64,000 nt of DNA. It comes from Mobula hypostoma. Taxonomy: Eukaryota. Positions 22,761-37,142 of this stretch are shown here, piece by piece. The first letter of the stretch is position 1. Every line of letters begins with the position of its first letter. The notes below the pieces were generated by a model. The model saw only the letters and a program-made list of their open reading frames with translations. It searched no databases and had not been told where the DNA came from. The stretch covers positions 25,856,001 through 25,920,000 of the forward strand of contig NC_086118.1 in the NCBI RefSeq assembly GCF_963921235.1. The letters are read 5' to 3'. The position numbers were made by a program, and so were the translations under genes.

Positions 22761-24349
22761 AAGTTTGTTGGAATGAGCTGCTTTTATTTTTTAATAGAGT
22801 ATTAGCTGAATTAATTTCTTTTTTAGCAATTGTAGTTGTACAAACATTTTAACCTGTGTTTTTCATTATATCTGGTGTTTGTCTCCACCTACTGGATGTA
22901 AAGTGGTACAGCAGTTACATAATGGTTTATCACCTTTTCATTTTTCATTGGCTAAGTGTAAGCTCATGACACACGTGCTGTGACTGTGCATCTTTTAATC
23001 AACCCTTTCCTTATCTCAGGAATTTGCCTTACTCAGTATAAAAATCTCTGCAAAAACCGCCATCTTGTCTTTGCCTTAAGTTTCTTTTAGTTTCATGTGT
23101 TCTGTTTCTTGTCTTTGTTTAATCTTCCAAATAAATGACTGTGAAGCAACAAGTTTTCACTCATTCTTGGACTCCTTAAAGAACCTGTGGATCAGAAAAT
23201 CACAAGATCCCTCAACTTCCTCCAGTAGGAATCTGGAACACACTCTTTCAAAAGACTCTTGGTTATCAAAAATCAAAACTGAGCTTGATAGATTCTTACA
23301 GATTATGTGAGGTTAAAATGCAGAACAGCCTTAATTTAATTGGAATATAGATCATGATTGACCTGTGCTTAGAAAGTATGGGCTTCGGCTCAAAACTTCA
23401 AACTTACTACACTAACTGCACTAGTAAATTACATGATATTTAGGTCCTCCCAAGGTCAGGAACACTTATTCTGGGCCAATTAGTACGTTAAAACTACCAA
23501 TTAGGAGACAAGTGAGATGGATTTACTGGCTGCTGTAGGGCTGCAGGTAGTAAATCTGCTGGGTGGGAACAAGACATTTCTCAGTTCTTTGATTAGGTAC
23601 AGGAGACAGAACGGGAAAGAAAGAAAGGGAAGGCAGATGTCATAAATGGACTCCTTAACTATATTAACTGGCTCATTTTTGGCACCAAACTCAAGTTTAA
23701 AATATTTGCCATAAAGCTGTAGTTTTCTGGGTAAATTGCATCTTACTAACTGGTTGTAAAGAAACAAAGGAAAGTTCTCCTCTGGAATGAATACTAATTT
23801 AGACAAGGCTATTTAAGCTAAGATTGTGTACCAACATTAAATTTAGTTTACAATTACACAGTAACATTTTTAAAAGATCCAGTTTATAGGGAGTGCAGGA
23901 AAATGGGCACAGTATATTTTATAGGAATGTAAGGAACAGAGCCCTGGTGAGTTTCAGTGAAAATGAGAAACAAACCCAGGTGCACCGAAAAGGAAAACAG
24001 AAAACATCACCAGATGACTAGGCACCAAACCGCAGGGATTTCTGAATGCATGGATAACAAATAAGTTTTAATGTTTCACTTTGTCACTATGATCACAATA
24101 CTTCTCATCAATCTCACTTTATATTTGCTGACTTTGATCATGGGAAACCTAACCCCTGAGCTTTCCATTATTCCTAATAAGACTTGTATTCTAGAGGGTC
24201 AGTTGAAGACTTTCACATTCAACTTAATTCTGACCACCAGTGTTTACCGGATTCAAACATGGCAATAAACACTGAAGTCCCTGATTCGCAAGCCAACTCA
24301 CTGCACCAAATTTTGGTTTGCTCTGCACTAGAATTGCAGTGCCTACATT

Positions 24350-24980
24350 TCAATGTTCAAAGTAAATTTATTGTCAAAGTACATACAGAGTATGCCACCA
24401 TATTCACCCGAGATTAATTTTCTTGCGGGCATACACAGTAAATCCATGCAACACAATAAAATCAATAGACCACCCCCAGCAGGATGGATGAATAACCAAT
24501 GTGCAAAAACAATTCAAACACAAAAGAAAATAATAATAAATAAATAAGCAATAAATATTGAGAACATGAGATGAAGAGTCCTTGAAAGTGAGTCCTTAGA
24601 TGTGGGAACAGTTCAGTGACTGGGCAAGTGAAGTTAAGTTATCCCCTCTGGTTCAAGAGCCTGATGGTTGAGGGGTAATAACTATTCCTGAACCTGATGG
24701 TGTGGGTCCTGAGGCTTCATAACTTCTTCCTGATGGCTGCAGTAAGAAGAGAGCATGGCTGGGTGGTGGGGGTCCTTGATGATGAACTCTGCATTCCTGT
24801 GACAGAATTTGATGAAGATGTGCTAAATAGCGGAGAGAGCTTTACCCATGTTGAACTGGGCTATATCAACTACCCTTTGTAGGATTTTCCATTCAAGGGC
24901 ATTGGTGCTCCATACCAGGCCAAGATGCAACTAGTCAATATACTCTCCACCACCCATCTATCGGACTTTGTCAAAGTTTG
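24350..24980 (-). mobile_element. Rex1/Babar-type LINE 3' fragment
   Basis: TTCAAAGTAAATTTATTGTCAAAGTAC is the reverse complement of the family tail; the body is the reverse complement of ~30260-30885. Confidence 0.8.
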
Positions 24981-25149
24981 TCATATTGTTTTACAACACT
25001 CCTGGGTTTTTGTCTTTAATCTAAACAGATTAAGAGTCTCCATTATCATGCAGGTGGAATACTATTCTACATAAAATCCTGTTCACTTTAATGGGGATTA
25101 TTGGTCTTCCACAAACCAGGCCCGTTTTGCCTAACAGGATTATGTACTT

Positions 25150-28100
25150 CTTTTGAATTGCTCTCACTGCGATCTGCAGCCTGAAATTTCCATTAACCAC
25201 TGCACTTGTAAACTGCTGTAATGAACTCAATGATCTTCTGAAGGACTCGGTAGATTTAACTCTCAAGCATGCATGCACAGCACTTTTAAGCAGACAAAGG
25301 TACATGGACACAGCTGAAAGAGAGGGAGGGAGAGGGGTGGTCTCCAAGCCAAACTGAAACATCGAGGAATGAAACTCTCTGCCCAGCACCTTGTTAGCAA
25401 ATGTACAGTTGCTGGAGAACAAGATTGAGAACCCAAGGGCAAGATTGCTGTATCAGCAGGAAATAAGGAATTGCTATGTTCTATATGTCACGGAGACATG
25501 GCTCACTCTGGACATGCCAGATATGTTGGTAAGGCCCAAGAGGTTCGTAATACACCAGATGGACTGGACTGCTGACTTGGAGAAGGCAAAGTGTGGGGGT
25601 CTGTATTTCATGATAATCTCCTTTCAGACCTCGTGGTCTTGTTGCACTCTATTTCCCTGACCTGGAACATCTGATGATTAAGTGACATCTGTTCTACTTC
25701 CAAGAGAGTTCTCCTCTGTGATCCTTACTGCAGTTTACATACCGCCAAAGGCAGATATTTAAAAAAAAAAGCACTTGATCAGCAAATAAGAAATAGCCTA
25801 CGCTGACGCCTTTCAAATCATAGTCAAGGGTTTCATTCAGACTTGGTCGAAGAAAGCCCTGCGCAATTATCATCAACATATCACTACCAGCACTTGAGAT
25901 CCCAACACATTCGACCACTGTTACTCTACAATTAGAAATGCTCACCATTCCATGCCTAGATTGCATCACCTCCTACCTCTAGACAAAGTGCAAGGAGCAA
26001 GGTTCCAGAAACAAGAACAGCAAAGAGGTGGTCATGTGAGGCTAAACAGCAGCTGTAGGATTGCTTTGAGTCGATAGACTGGGCCATATTCAAGGACTCA
26101 GAGGGTCTGAACAAATACACCACAGTTGCCATGGCCTTTATAAGAACAGTCTTAGATGAGTGTGTCCCCACAAAGTCATACAGTGTCTTACCAACCAGAA
26201 GCCCTGGATGAACCACAAGATCTGCAATCTGCTGAGAGCTAGATCGGTGATATTCAGGTCTGGTGACCAAGTCAGATACAACAGGTCCAGGTACCATCTC
26301 TGGAAGCCATCTCACGTGCAAAGTGGCAATTCTAGACCAAACTGGAATCACTGAAGGATGGGTAATAACTGTGGCAGGGTTTGAATGCTATCACCTACTA
26401 CAAGGTGAAATCAAAGGACAAAGGTGACAAGTGTTCATTCCTAGATGAGTTCAATGCCTTTTATGCTCATTTTGACCATCAAGACATAGAGGCACCTTCA
26501 CAAACTCCCACAGTCCCTGCTGACACTTTGATTTCAGTCTGTAAGGCTGATGTGAGAGCCTCAGGAGGGTGAACCCATGGAAAGCATCCAGTCTAGACAG
26601 GGTACCTGGTCAAGTATTAAAGACCTGTGCTGATCAACTGGCTGGAGTGTCACTGACATCTTTAACCTCTCACTTTGGCAGACTGAGGTACCCACCTGCT
26701 TCAAGCAGACTTCAATTATACTGGTGCCTGAGAAATACGTATACGTCCTATCGAAAGGACAGACTGATGGGCAGAGGGGGTGGGGTGGCTCTGTTGGTGA
26801 GGAATGATATTCAGCCCCTTGTGAGGGGGGACATAGAATCAGGAGACGTAGAGTCAGTATGGATAGAACTGAGAAATTCTAAGGGTAGAAAGACCCAAAT
26901 AGGAGTTATCTACAGGCCCCCAAACAGTAGTCTGGATGTAGGGTGCAAGTTGAATCAAGAGTTAAAATTGGCATGTCGCAAAGGTAATGCTACAGTTGTT
27001 ATGGGGGATTTCAACATGCAGGTAGACTGGAGGAATCAGGTTGGTACTGGACCTCAAAAAAGGGAGTTAGTGGAGTCCCTCCGAGATGGATTCTTAGAAC
27101 AGCTTGTACTGGAGCCTACCAGAGAGAACACAATACTAGATTTAGTGTTGTGAAATGAACCGCATTTGATCAGGGACGTCGAGGTAAAGGAGCCATTAGG
27201 AGGTAGTGACCATAATATGATAAGTTTTAATCTGCAACTTGAGAGGGAGAAGGGAAACACGGAAGTGTCAATATTACAGTTGAACAAAGGGAACTATGGT
27301 GCTATGAGGGAGAAGCTGGCCAAAGTTCAATGGAACAATACCCTAGCAGGGATGACAGTGGAACAGCAATGGCAAGTGTTTCTGGGAATAATGCGGAAGG
27401 TGCAGGATCAGTTCATTTCAAAGAGGAAGAAAGATCCTAAGGGGAGGCCATGGCTGACAAGGGAAGTAATGGACAGTATAAAAATAAAAAAGTATAACAT
27501 AGCAAAGACGAGTGGGAAGCCGGAGGATTGGGAAACTTTTAAAGAGCAACAGAAGGTAACTAAAAAGGCAATACGCGGAGAAGAAAATGAGGTACGAAAG
27601 TAAACTAGCCAAGAATATAAAGGAGGATAGTAAAAGCTTCTTTAGGTATGTAAAAAGGAAAAAAAAATAGTTAAGACCAAAATTGGGCCCTTGAAGACAG
27701 AAACGGGTGAATTTATTATGGGGAACAAGGAAATGGCAGATGAGTTGAACAGATACTTTGGATCTGTCCTCACTAGGGAAGACACAAACAATCTCCCAGA
27801 TATAATAGTGGCCAAAGGACCTAGGGTAGTGGATGAACTGAAGGAAATTTATATTAGGCAGGAAATGGTGTTGGATAGACTGTTGGGTCTGAAGGCTGAT
27901 AAGTCCCCGGGACCTGATGATCTGCATCCCAGGGTACTTAAGGAGGTGGCTTTAGAAATCGTGGACGCATTGGTAATCATTTTCCAATGTTCTATAGATT
28001 CAGGATCAGTTCCTGTGGATTGGAGGGTGGCTAATGTTGTCCCTCTGTTCAAGAAGGGAGGAAGAGAGAAAATAGACCAGTTAGCCTGACGTCGGTGGTG

Positions 28101-30885
28101 GGAAAGATGCTGGAGTCGATGATGAAAGATGAAATTACGACACATCTGGATAGCAGTAACAGGATCGGTCTGAGTCAGCATGGATTTACGAAGGGGAAAT
28201 CGTGCTTGACTAATCTTCAGGAATTTTTTGAGGATGTAACTATGAAAATGGACAAGGGAGAGCCAGTGGATGTAGTGTACCTGGACTTTCAGAAAGCCTT
28301 TGATAAAGTCCCACATAGGAGATTAGTGGGCAAAATTAGGTCACATGGTATTGGGGGCAGAGTACTGACATGGATTGAAAATTGGCTGGCTGACAGAAAA
28401 CAAAGAGTAGCGATTAACAGGTCCCTTTCGGAATGGCAGGCGGTGACCAGTGGGGTACCGCAGGGTTCAGTGCTGGGACCGCAGCTGTTTACAATATATA
28501 TTAATGATTTAGATGAGGGAATTAAAAGTAACATTAGCAAATTTGCCAATGATACAAAGCTGGGTGGCAGTGTGAAATGTGAGGAGGATGTTATGAGAAT
28601 GCAGGGTGACTTGGACAGGCTGGGTGAGTGGGCAGATGCATGGCAGATGCAGTTTAATGTGGATAAATGTGAGGTTATCCACTCTGGTGGTAAGAACAGA
28701 AAGGCAGATTATCTAAATGGAGTCAAGTTAGGAAAAGGGGAAGTACAACGAGATCTAGGTGTTCTTGTACATCAGTCACTGAAAGCAAGCATGCAAGTAC
28801 AGCAGGCTGTGAAGAAAGCTAATGGCATGCTGGCCTTCATAACAAGGGGAATTGAGTATAAGAGCAAAGAGGTCCTTCTGCAGCTGTACAGGGCCCTGGT
28901 GAGACCACACCTGGAGTACTGTGTGCAGTTTTGGTCTCCAAATTTGAGGAAGGACATTCTTGCTATTGAGGGAGTGCAGAGTAGGTTCACAAGGTTAATT
29001 CCCGGGATGGCGGGACTGTCATATGTCAAAAGATTGGAGCGACTGGACTTGTATACTCTGGAATTTAGAAGGCTGAGAGGGGATCTTATTGAAACATATA
29101 AGATTATTAAGGGATTGGACACGCTGGAGGCAGGGAGCATGTTCCCGTTGATGGGTGAGTCCAGAACCAGAGGCCACAGTTTAAGAATAAGGGGTAGGCC
29201 ATTTAGAATGGAGTTGAGGAAAAACTTTTTCACCCAGAGAGTGGTGGATATATGGAATGCTCTGCCCCAGAAGGCTGTGTAGGCCAAGTCTCTGGATGCT
29301 TTCAAGACAGAGATGGATAGAGCTCTTAAAGATAGAGGAATCAAAGGTTATGGAGATAAGGCAGGAACTGGATAGTGATTGTGGATGATCAGCCATGATC
29401 ACAGTGAATGGCGGTGCTGGCTCAAAGGGCTGAATGGCCTACTCCTGCACCTAGTGTCTATTGAAAAATGTGGTTACCTGTCTCAATGACCATCATTCAG
29501 CAGCATTTGCATCCACTGTAATGAAGTGCTTTGAGAGGTTGGTGATAAAACATATCAACTCCTACCTGAGAAATGACTTGGATCCATTCCAATTTGCCTC
29601 CTGTCACAATTCAACAGCAGATGGCATTTCATTGGTTCTTCACTCAACCCCAGTACATCTGGACAGTGAAGATGCATACATTAGGATGGTCTTCACTGTC
29701 TGCAACTCGACATTCAATACCACCTCTCTCAAAACTAATCAATAAGCTTCACATCCTAGGTCTAAATACCTGTGTTCAATTGGATCCTTGATTTCCTCAC
29801 CTGCAGACTTCAGTTTGGATTGGCAACAATATCTCCATCAACACAGGTGAACCACAAGGCTGTGTGCTTATCCCTCTGCTCTAATTGCTTATGACTGTGT
29901 GGATAAGCACAGCCCCAATACCATATTTAAGCTTGCTGACAACACCACTGGCCAAATCAAACATGGTGACGTATCATCATATAGGAGGGAGATTGAAAAG
30001 CTGGCTGACTGGTGCCACAGTAACAATCTCTTACTCAATGTCAGCACAATCAAGGAGATGACAATTGACTTAGGAGGAAACCAGAAGTCCATGACCCAGC
30101 CTCATCGGGAGATCAGAGGTGGAAAGGGACAGTAATTTTAAATTCCTCGATGTTATTATTTTAGAGGACCTGCCTGGGCCAAGCATGTGAGTGCAATTAC
30201 AAAGAAAGCACTGCAGCACTTCTATTTCCTTAGAAATTTGCATATATTTGGTATGACATCTGAAACTCTGACAAACATCTACATGTATAGTGGAAAGTAT
30301 GGTGACTGGTTGCATCATGGCCTGGTATGGAAATACCAATGCCCTTGTACAGAAGAGCCTACGAAAAGCAGTGGGTACAGCCCAGTCCTTCACACACATA
30401 GTCCTCCCCACCATTGAACACATCTATGTGGACTGCTGTTGCAGGAAAGCAGCATCCATCATTGAGGATCACCACCACCCAGGACATGCTCTCTTCTCAC
30501 TGCTGCCATCAGGAAGATACAGGAGCCTTAGGACCACACCACCAGATTCCGGTACAGTTATTACTCCTCAACCACCAGGGTCTTGAACTTGAGGGGATAA
30601 CTTCACTGACCCAATCACTGAACTGTTCCCACAACCTACAAACTTACTTTCAAGGTCTCATCTGTTGTTCATGATATTTATTTATTTATTATTAGCTTTT
30701 TTTTTCCCCTTCTCTTTTTGTATTTGCAGTTTGTTTCACATTGTTTGTTTCCCATCTGTTAGGTGCAGTCTTTCATTGATTCCATTGTGTTTCTCGTATT
30801 TACTGTGATTGCCCACAAGAAAATGAACCTCAGAGTTCTATACTGTAACGTACGTGTACTTTGATGATAAATTTACTTTGAACTT
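25150..30885 (+). mobile_element. Near full-length decayed Rex1/Babar-type LINE (APE endonuclease plus RT), interrupted by a CR1
   Basis: LANVQLLENK..TETWL, NQKPWMN, DEFNAFYAHF, VLKTCADQLAGV, TCLND..VMKCFERLV..DLDPFQFA, FKLADNT and NNLLLNVSTIKEM; multiple frameshifts; tail ATAAATTTACTTTGAACTTT. Confidence 0.85.
26736..29462 (+). mobile_element. CR1 LINE ORF2 (endonuclease plus RT), 5'-truncated and disrupted
   Basis: [62 protein letters not shown] (catalytic D replaced by N) and RPHLEYCVQFWSP; tail GGCCTACTCCTGCACCTA. Confidence 0.95.
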
Positions 30886-33800
30886 TCTATTGAGAAGTTT
30901 AAAAAATGTTTTGCTTAGTTTAATATTTTCAATTATTTTAGCAACTAGTTTGGTTAATTTTAATTGAAATATTTCACTTTTAATTATCTCCAAAGATTAG
31001 AATAATTTAAAGACCATGTTGAACGACCTACAGAATGTTGACAAAGCTTGATGCAAGATGCCTTCGAGAGTTTCTAGGGGTATCCTTTGGTAGACACAGC
31101 CTCAGTGTGTAGCCAAAGGTATGTTGCCTCTTAGGCCATTATAATTTTGCAATGCTTTGGGCCAGGGACAGCCCATTCACATCCACAACTACCATATGTG
31201 AGTATGGGGTGATGACAGAGTACAATTCTTACTAGGGGGATCTGCCTAGCAGGATCAAGTTCTGAGCTTTTACATCAAAGACATCACTGTGTATTGTTTA
31301 GAAGTTGAACATATTCATGGAAGATGGATTGCCAGTTGCATAAATGATGTAGCTGTCTGAAATAACTTTCCCTTTGCAAACATACAGGGTAAATCTGGTA
31401 GGGCTCTTTGTGATTAGCTATTGTTTGTTGCAGTACAACACTGAGCATCTGAACCAACTGCTAAGTAAAACGAATAAGCCAAATCACTTTAGATGTAGAG
31501 CAAATTGTTAAAGACAATTCTCTCAGGGCATTCAAAGGAAAAACAGCTATTAAAAACTATAACTTAAAAGAGTACAATACTTAAAGCTTTTAGTCATTTC
31601 AAAATACAATTATTTAGATAATTAAAATGTAAGATAACAAATACCTACCCAATCTGCTCAGTGATGGTAGGAGTCACTGCAGTTATTCAATCCCTCTCTA
31701 AACTATGAATTCATGACAATCGCGAGATTTCTGCACAGGTACCCCAAAGTCTGGGCTATTGTTGCCCAAGAAAAATCATGTATACATAACTGAAGGCCAG
31801 ACCAACAAAATCCATTTCCATGTGATAGAACTGTGTCTATATTAAACTATTTTAAAATCATAAAAATTTTGTTCCAAATGCAAACTGGATTCTTAGTAAA
31901 ATATTTCCTGCTGGTGTGCCTTTTGGCATTCAAACAATGGAAATTGAAAATCATATTTCATAATCTGTTGCCAGCTATTAATTCAACTACGGATATCCAC
32001 AGATTCCATTCAAGTAAAGCTCAGATACAAATCTATAAAAGTGACTTTACTACAACAATATTAAGACTTTATTAAAACAATCAGCTATAAGATGACCACA
32101 ACCTTAATAACCTATAAAACTTCACAATCATATAAAACTCACTTTGCTGCACAGTGGTAACCAGTAGTCATAAAAGTGTACATTCATATGCTGCTGAGAA
32201 CATGGAGCCAAAGAAAATGGCAGACTATGTAACTTAATGGCTTCTCCGGTTGCTTAAAAAATAACTCAAGAAAAATTTAAAAAATTTAACAAACCCTCAA
32301 ATTGTAGAGTTAATCAAAGCTGCCTTTTATAGGTGGAAGAACCCAAAATGATTCCAATTTTCCTTGGCTTATGCTACACTTGTTGGTTAAAATCTCAATA
32401 TATACTCAAAGATAGATAACGCAGCTGAAAAATGCATTAATGTCCTTTTTTTTAAGCCTATAACATTACACCAACACAGAATCTGAACCAGGCTTATTCA
32501 ACAGAAATTAACTGAATTAATAAAACTGACAAACTCAGCAAATGAAACAGGATTAAATAATTTTAATAAAATTAATTATTTAAAATTATCATATCCAGTC
32601 ACCAACAAAATAAATCTAATACATTACTAATATTTAACCTTCAAAGATCATAAGAATATATAACCAAATATTACACAATAGTGGTTACTAACTAGCTTTA
32701 ATTACCCACTCCAAGTTTTTACCTGGTAAGGAAAAAACATGCTATCCTTTTTACACAGCAAGGCACATTCAGCTTTATTTTACCAGTGAAAAAAAGTTAT
32801 TCAAATCAAATCACATTTTACAGTATATCATTTTAATATAATTTGAAGATAATCATTCCTCCTTTCAACCTCATACCAGTGGAGTAAACTTCAACTAAAT
32901 TTAAGCTAATGCTTTCTACAGTTTAAAAAAAACACATCTTGTTCTTCCCCACCAGACAGAGAGACAAGCATAGGTGCAGATCTAAACCTGACTTGAACCT
33001 ACTAATAATATAGATGACCTTAGAATGGTGCATTGCTTCCAGAACTAGTTTTAACTTTTAAAAAAAAAGAGGAAGTAACGTCAGGTAAGTATATTTAAGA
33101 GTAGCTCTCTTCACTAAAGGAACTACTTGTTTAAAGAACTCAGCCTTAGAAACAAGAGTTCCTCAACTTGTACTGTTAAAGGAGGGATTTGAGGTTTGTT
33201 TATTTTAAGGCATCATTGACCTTTATTTCACTGTTGTTCTCAATCAACAAAGGGGATGTTATAGAGTTAAGCAATGTATTCTTAAATATATGGTGCAGAT
33301 ATTACATAGTTGTCCTTTTTCCAAACACAACCATAATAGTACTGAAAACTCCCATATATTTACATGCAAATACTAATTATTTGAGGAAGAATGAAAGGAA
33401 GTTCCCCATCTACCTCTGCCTATTTCTTGGCTTGCTAGTAGACTGTGGCATAAGGTTCCTGTGCAAAAATTCTCATTTCAAAATTACATATAAAAATGTG
33501 GAATGTTAATGTTCAGAAGTTCTGTAAATTAAAAGTTCCCTGCTGATATGAAGGTGTGAAAATGATTTCACAAGATACTTACTTTTTAACACAAGAAAAT
33601 TAGCTATACGGGCATATTTATTAGAAAATTAGTACAGTTTGGTAAAATTTCATAGCTGGAATGCATATGGTGAAGCACAAAGTATTTATTTTAAATCAAC
33701 AGATTTTTAAAAGTGGATTGCTTATGTGACTTATTGGCAGAGAAACAGCTTTGTTTCATTAGATTGTGGAGATATCTATTACCCTGAAGTTTGTTGAGGA

Positions 33801-35231
33801 AAAGGCACAACATGTAGAAAATTTACATGATGGAAGAGGGAAAGCACTTCCTCATCAGCAGCTAAAATGGCTTCACCATTCAACTAAATTTTACTTCAAA
33901 GTTAATCCTCAACAAAACTAGCAAAATAGTGCAACATAAATTTGCTTTAATGCTTGACTGACATCTAAGGCAAGAAAACATTAAACATTTTATTAAAATT
34001 GAACAGCATTATGCTAATAACTGCAATTAGCGTATGCATATTATTAAATAGTCAAATCTTTTCTGTGTTAAATCTCTACTTCCTTTACTGGATCACTTTG
34101 ATCACAAACACTTTCACCCAAAAATCTTGCCTCATCTTTTCATCTGCTGACAGGCTTAAATTATACCTCAAACAACTTATTATATTTTTAAATTTTAGAT
34201 CTCAGTATTAACTCCCACTAAAAAATCTAGCAAGTAGATGTACTTAACGTTAATACATTAGCAGCTTTGAACAGATATATTCTAACCAAGATTTCCAAGT
34301 ATGACCTTGCGTAAAAATTCGTTAGAGACTGAAAAACATGAATCATCTACTTGACATTTTAAATGAAAACTTGTCTCAATTCCCTATTGTTTAAACACAC
34401 TGCAATTGCTTTTCTCCACCCACAAGGCCATCACAATATTATACATCAATTCCCAGAAAAAAGGGATAAACCAGAACTTTGATCCAAAACTCCACCATAG
34501 ATGCTGAGCAACTAAGCAAGAAACTGAACACAGTCTTTAGATATATTCAAGGGTATTCTAAAGCATGACAGTGGAGTGAAGGAGACGCAAATACAAGTGT
34601 GCACACAAATAAAAAGGAGTGAGCCAGAGTATGCACATGTTCAATAAGGGCAGAAAGGAGTACTGAGACAGATACAAAGACAACAATGGCTGTGACATTT
34701 CGATTACCCTGAGAGCATAATGTGGAGGTGCTTCATAAATGCATTATTTGTGTAGATATTTATATTTTAAGTGGTGAACTTTGTATGGCATAACTTCCGT
34801 ATTTAATACAATGAAACTATGGATCATAATATATTCAGTGTAGAATACTTCTGTTCCTCCTACTGTTCACTGTACATCATATAGGCATGTTTTATATCAG
34901 AGACACTGCATAAACAATTACACCCATATTCACTCTCTATTACAGGAATATTTTAAATATTCTAGTTACTCAAAAAAACTATTTTCCATAATTTGTTTTC
35001 ATAAAAAATCCTGCAGTTTTGCAGATAAAAGTGCTTATTTGAATGAGAAGCCCCCTGAAATAGAATTAGTTTGCAATATCCAATAGCATTACTCATTTAA
35101 TAGAAACTAGGATATCAAATTTAAAAATTCCTATCCCACATCTTGGTCTGGATTCTTAAATGAACCTGACAATACTTGCTAACTATTTAAGATTTGCTTA
35201 TTCAGCAGGGAACACAAAATAAGTAAACTGG

Positions 35232-37142
35232 TCACTTCATTAAAAAGTTATCATTTTTCAGAGCTTTAACAAGCCAGTCATTATTTTGCTCATCATCTGA
35301 GTCACTCAGATCACTAGTATCAGCTAACAGTCGTGAGTAGTTTAACCTCTTTTGTCGAGGGATTTTTGATTGTATAATGAGAAAAAACACTGCCCAAACT
35401 ATGGCAGTAACAGAGCATGCTTGAAAAAGCCTTTCTATGCCAAAACTATCCACAATGAAGCCACTGCAAAAACTGCCAGAACACGCACCCAGACCAAAAG
35501 ATATCCAATGGTAGATCTTATGGAGTGTTCTTTCAGTGCCAGGAGTAGCTATATCACTAGACTGACTCAGAACAGCCCACCACAAGGCACCATTGCTAAA
35601 TGCATTTAAAACTTGAATAGGCAATACTGCCCAAGAAGACCATAGGAATGAATAGTAGAGCAGCTGAGCTGCTAGACAGATTAGGGCAAATCCAATTGTT
35701 CCGGAGATTGTAAGGATATTTAACATTTTGTCTTTGAAATGGAAAAATGAAAACTCAGCCAGAAACCCAATTGCCACAGCAGTACCCATATATGCCTCAT
35801 TGCTTCCTTTGTCCTGCATTTGCCAAAATAGGAAGTTATTTATTGTAGATCCAATAGCTCCTGTGATCAAGACCGTAACTGCATACAAGACAGCTCTTCC
35901 ATCACTTCCCAATAGATGCAATCCTTTAAAAGTTTGGTTGACTGCATCATTTTTCTTAGCAGTGTGTACTGGATGTAACACTCCAACAATAAGTGCCAAT
36001 AAAAGTACTGCAGCATAAGCATAGAAGTGCACAGCAGTTCTTGAGGTATGTGTATTGAGGAAACAGTCCAGCCTGTCCACAAGGATACCAATGCTAAAAG
36101 CTGCTCCAGCTGTACCCAAGTGTCCCCAAATCCATTGTCTGCCATAGCGGTCAACAGCATCCACAAAGTCCAAATAGTCATACAGCCCATCATCTGTAAC
36201 CCAATCCAGTGTTGATGCTAGAACCTCCCATAAAGATACAGCTAGCAGAATAAGCACCAATGTCTGCTGCCAGTTATCGAGCATTTTAAGATTAGAATTT
36301 GGTGCAAAATTGAGCTGTTGATTTTTATTCCCATCTTCAAAGCTAGCTTTTAGTGTAACATCCCTTTTTACAAGGGGAACATTTGGTGTACTGAAATGAA
36401 CATCTAAAATGCCATTTTCCTCTCTGCTTTCTTTTAGCAAAGGAAATTGCTTGGTAGTTTTTTCCACAGTTCTTTTATAACCAGAGCTTTTACTAGGCAG
36501 AGTTTGTTTTGCTTGAAGATGGTGTATATTGTTTGCACTTCCCGTTTCTTCTGATGGTTGAGTAGAGATTTCAGAAGTTGTAATATTCTCAGATGGCTGT
36601 TTGGTTGAATTTCTAATAGGTGATTCTACAGTTGTCAACAAATGGAGTTTCATTTTCATTTCAGTACTGTGTATATTATGGAGTTCTGAACTAGGATGAC
36701 TTGTCACAATAATATTTACTGTTCCTGGAAGCATGGTATATGCAAGATCACCCATGTGGCTTTTGTCTTCTGCTGTATTTTGATTCCAATTGGTTTTTGC
36801 ATACATACTTGTGTTACAATATTTGTACTGAATTTCCTTACTCACAGGTGGAATTAGTGTAAATAGAAAGCTGACTCCTATAGATGAAATCAAGGAACAA
36901 AACACAAGCATTCTTCTTTTGTTATAGCGTCCAGCACAGTAAGACCAGAAGGGAGTACAAATCAAGGATATGAAAAACTTTGTTCCAATCACAATCCCAA
37001 CAAATGGTGCAGTCAATCCAAGCTGTCTTAAGAATATGGTAAGAAATGGAATTATACAGCCTTTGGCTGCACAATAGAGAAAATGATAGGAACTGGCAAG
37101 AGCCAGTGCTTTGCTGATGTTCCACTGTTTATTCCTCTTCAT
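35232..37142 (-). CDS. MFSD6L: Major facilitator superfamily domain-containing protein 6-like, 636 aa, single coding exon
   Basis: Uninterrupted ORF with about 12 hydrophobic segments. Motifs W.I.KALALA, PFLT..LRQLGL, DDGLYDYLDFVDAVDRYG, NFLFWQMQD.GS.E and the YSRLL..DWLVKA C-terminus match MFSD6L; adjacent to PIK3R6 as in human. Confidence 0.95.
   Translation of the reverse strand: MKRNKQWNISKALALASSYHFLYCAAKGCIIPFLTIFLRQLGLTAPFVGIVIGTKFFISLICTPFWSYCAGRYNKRRMLVFCSLISSIGVSFLFTLIPPVSKEIQYKYCNTSMYAKTNWNQNTAEDKSHMGDLAYTMLPGTVNIIVTSHPSSELHNIHSTEMKMKLHLLTTVESPIRNSTKQPSENITTSEISTQPSEETGSANNIHHLQAKQTLPSKSSGYKRTVEKTTKQFPLLKESREENGILDVHFSTPNVPLVKRDVTLKASFEDGNKNQQLNFAPNSNLKMLDNWQQTLVLILLAVSLWEVLASTLDWVTDDGLYDYLDFVDAVDRYGRQWIWGHLGTAGAAFSIGILVDRLDCFLNTHTSRTAVHFYAYAAVLLLALIVGVLHPVHTAKKNDAVNQTFKGLHLLGSDGRAVLYAVTVLITGAIGSTINNFLFWQMQDKGSNEAYMGTAVAIGFLAEFSFFHFKDKMLNILTISGTIGFALICLAAQLLYYSFLWSSWAVLPIQVLNAFSNGALWWAVLSQSSDIATPGTERTLHKIYHWISFGLGACSGSFCSGFIVDSFGIERLFQACSVTAIVWAVFFLIIQSKIPRQKRLNYSRLLADTSDLSDSDDEQNNDWLVKALKNDNFLMK

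Noticed and set aside
26569..27153. 194-aa ORF that looks like a novel nuclease
   Set aside because: Chance fusion across the insertion junction of Rex-type RT sequence and the CR1 endonuclease; it ends at a premature stop.
27418..29344. Long antisense ORFs over CR1 (also 38648-40305)
   Set aside because: Shadow frames opposite LINE ORF2 with no independent coding features.
1..35000. Possible CCDC42 or MYH10 exons expected from human synteny
   Set aside because: No matching exons were recognised by eye. They may lie outside the window or be missed, so absence is not informative.
32050..35231. End of the MFSD6L 3'UTR
   Set aside because: Several minus-strand AATAAA candidates occur in AT-rich, repeat-poor DNA, and none can be chosen without transcript data.
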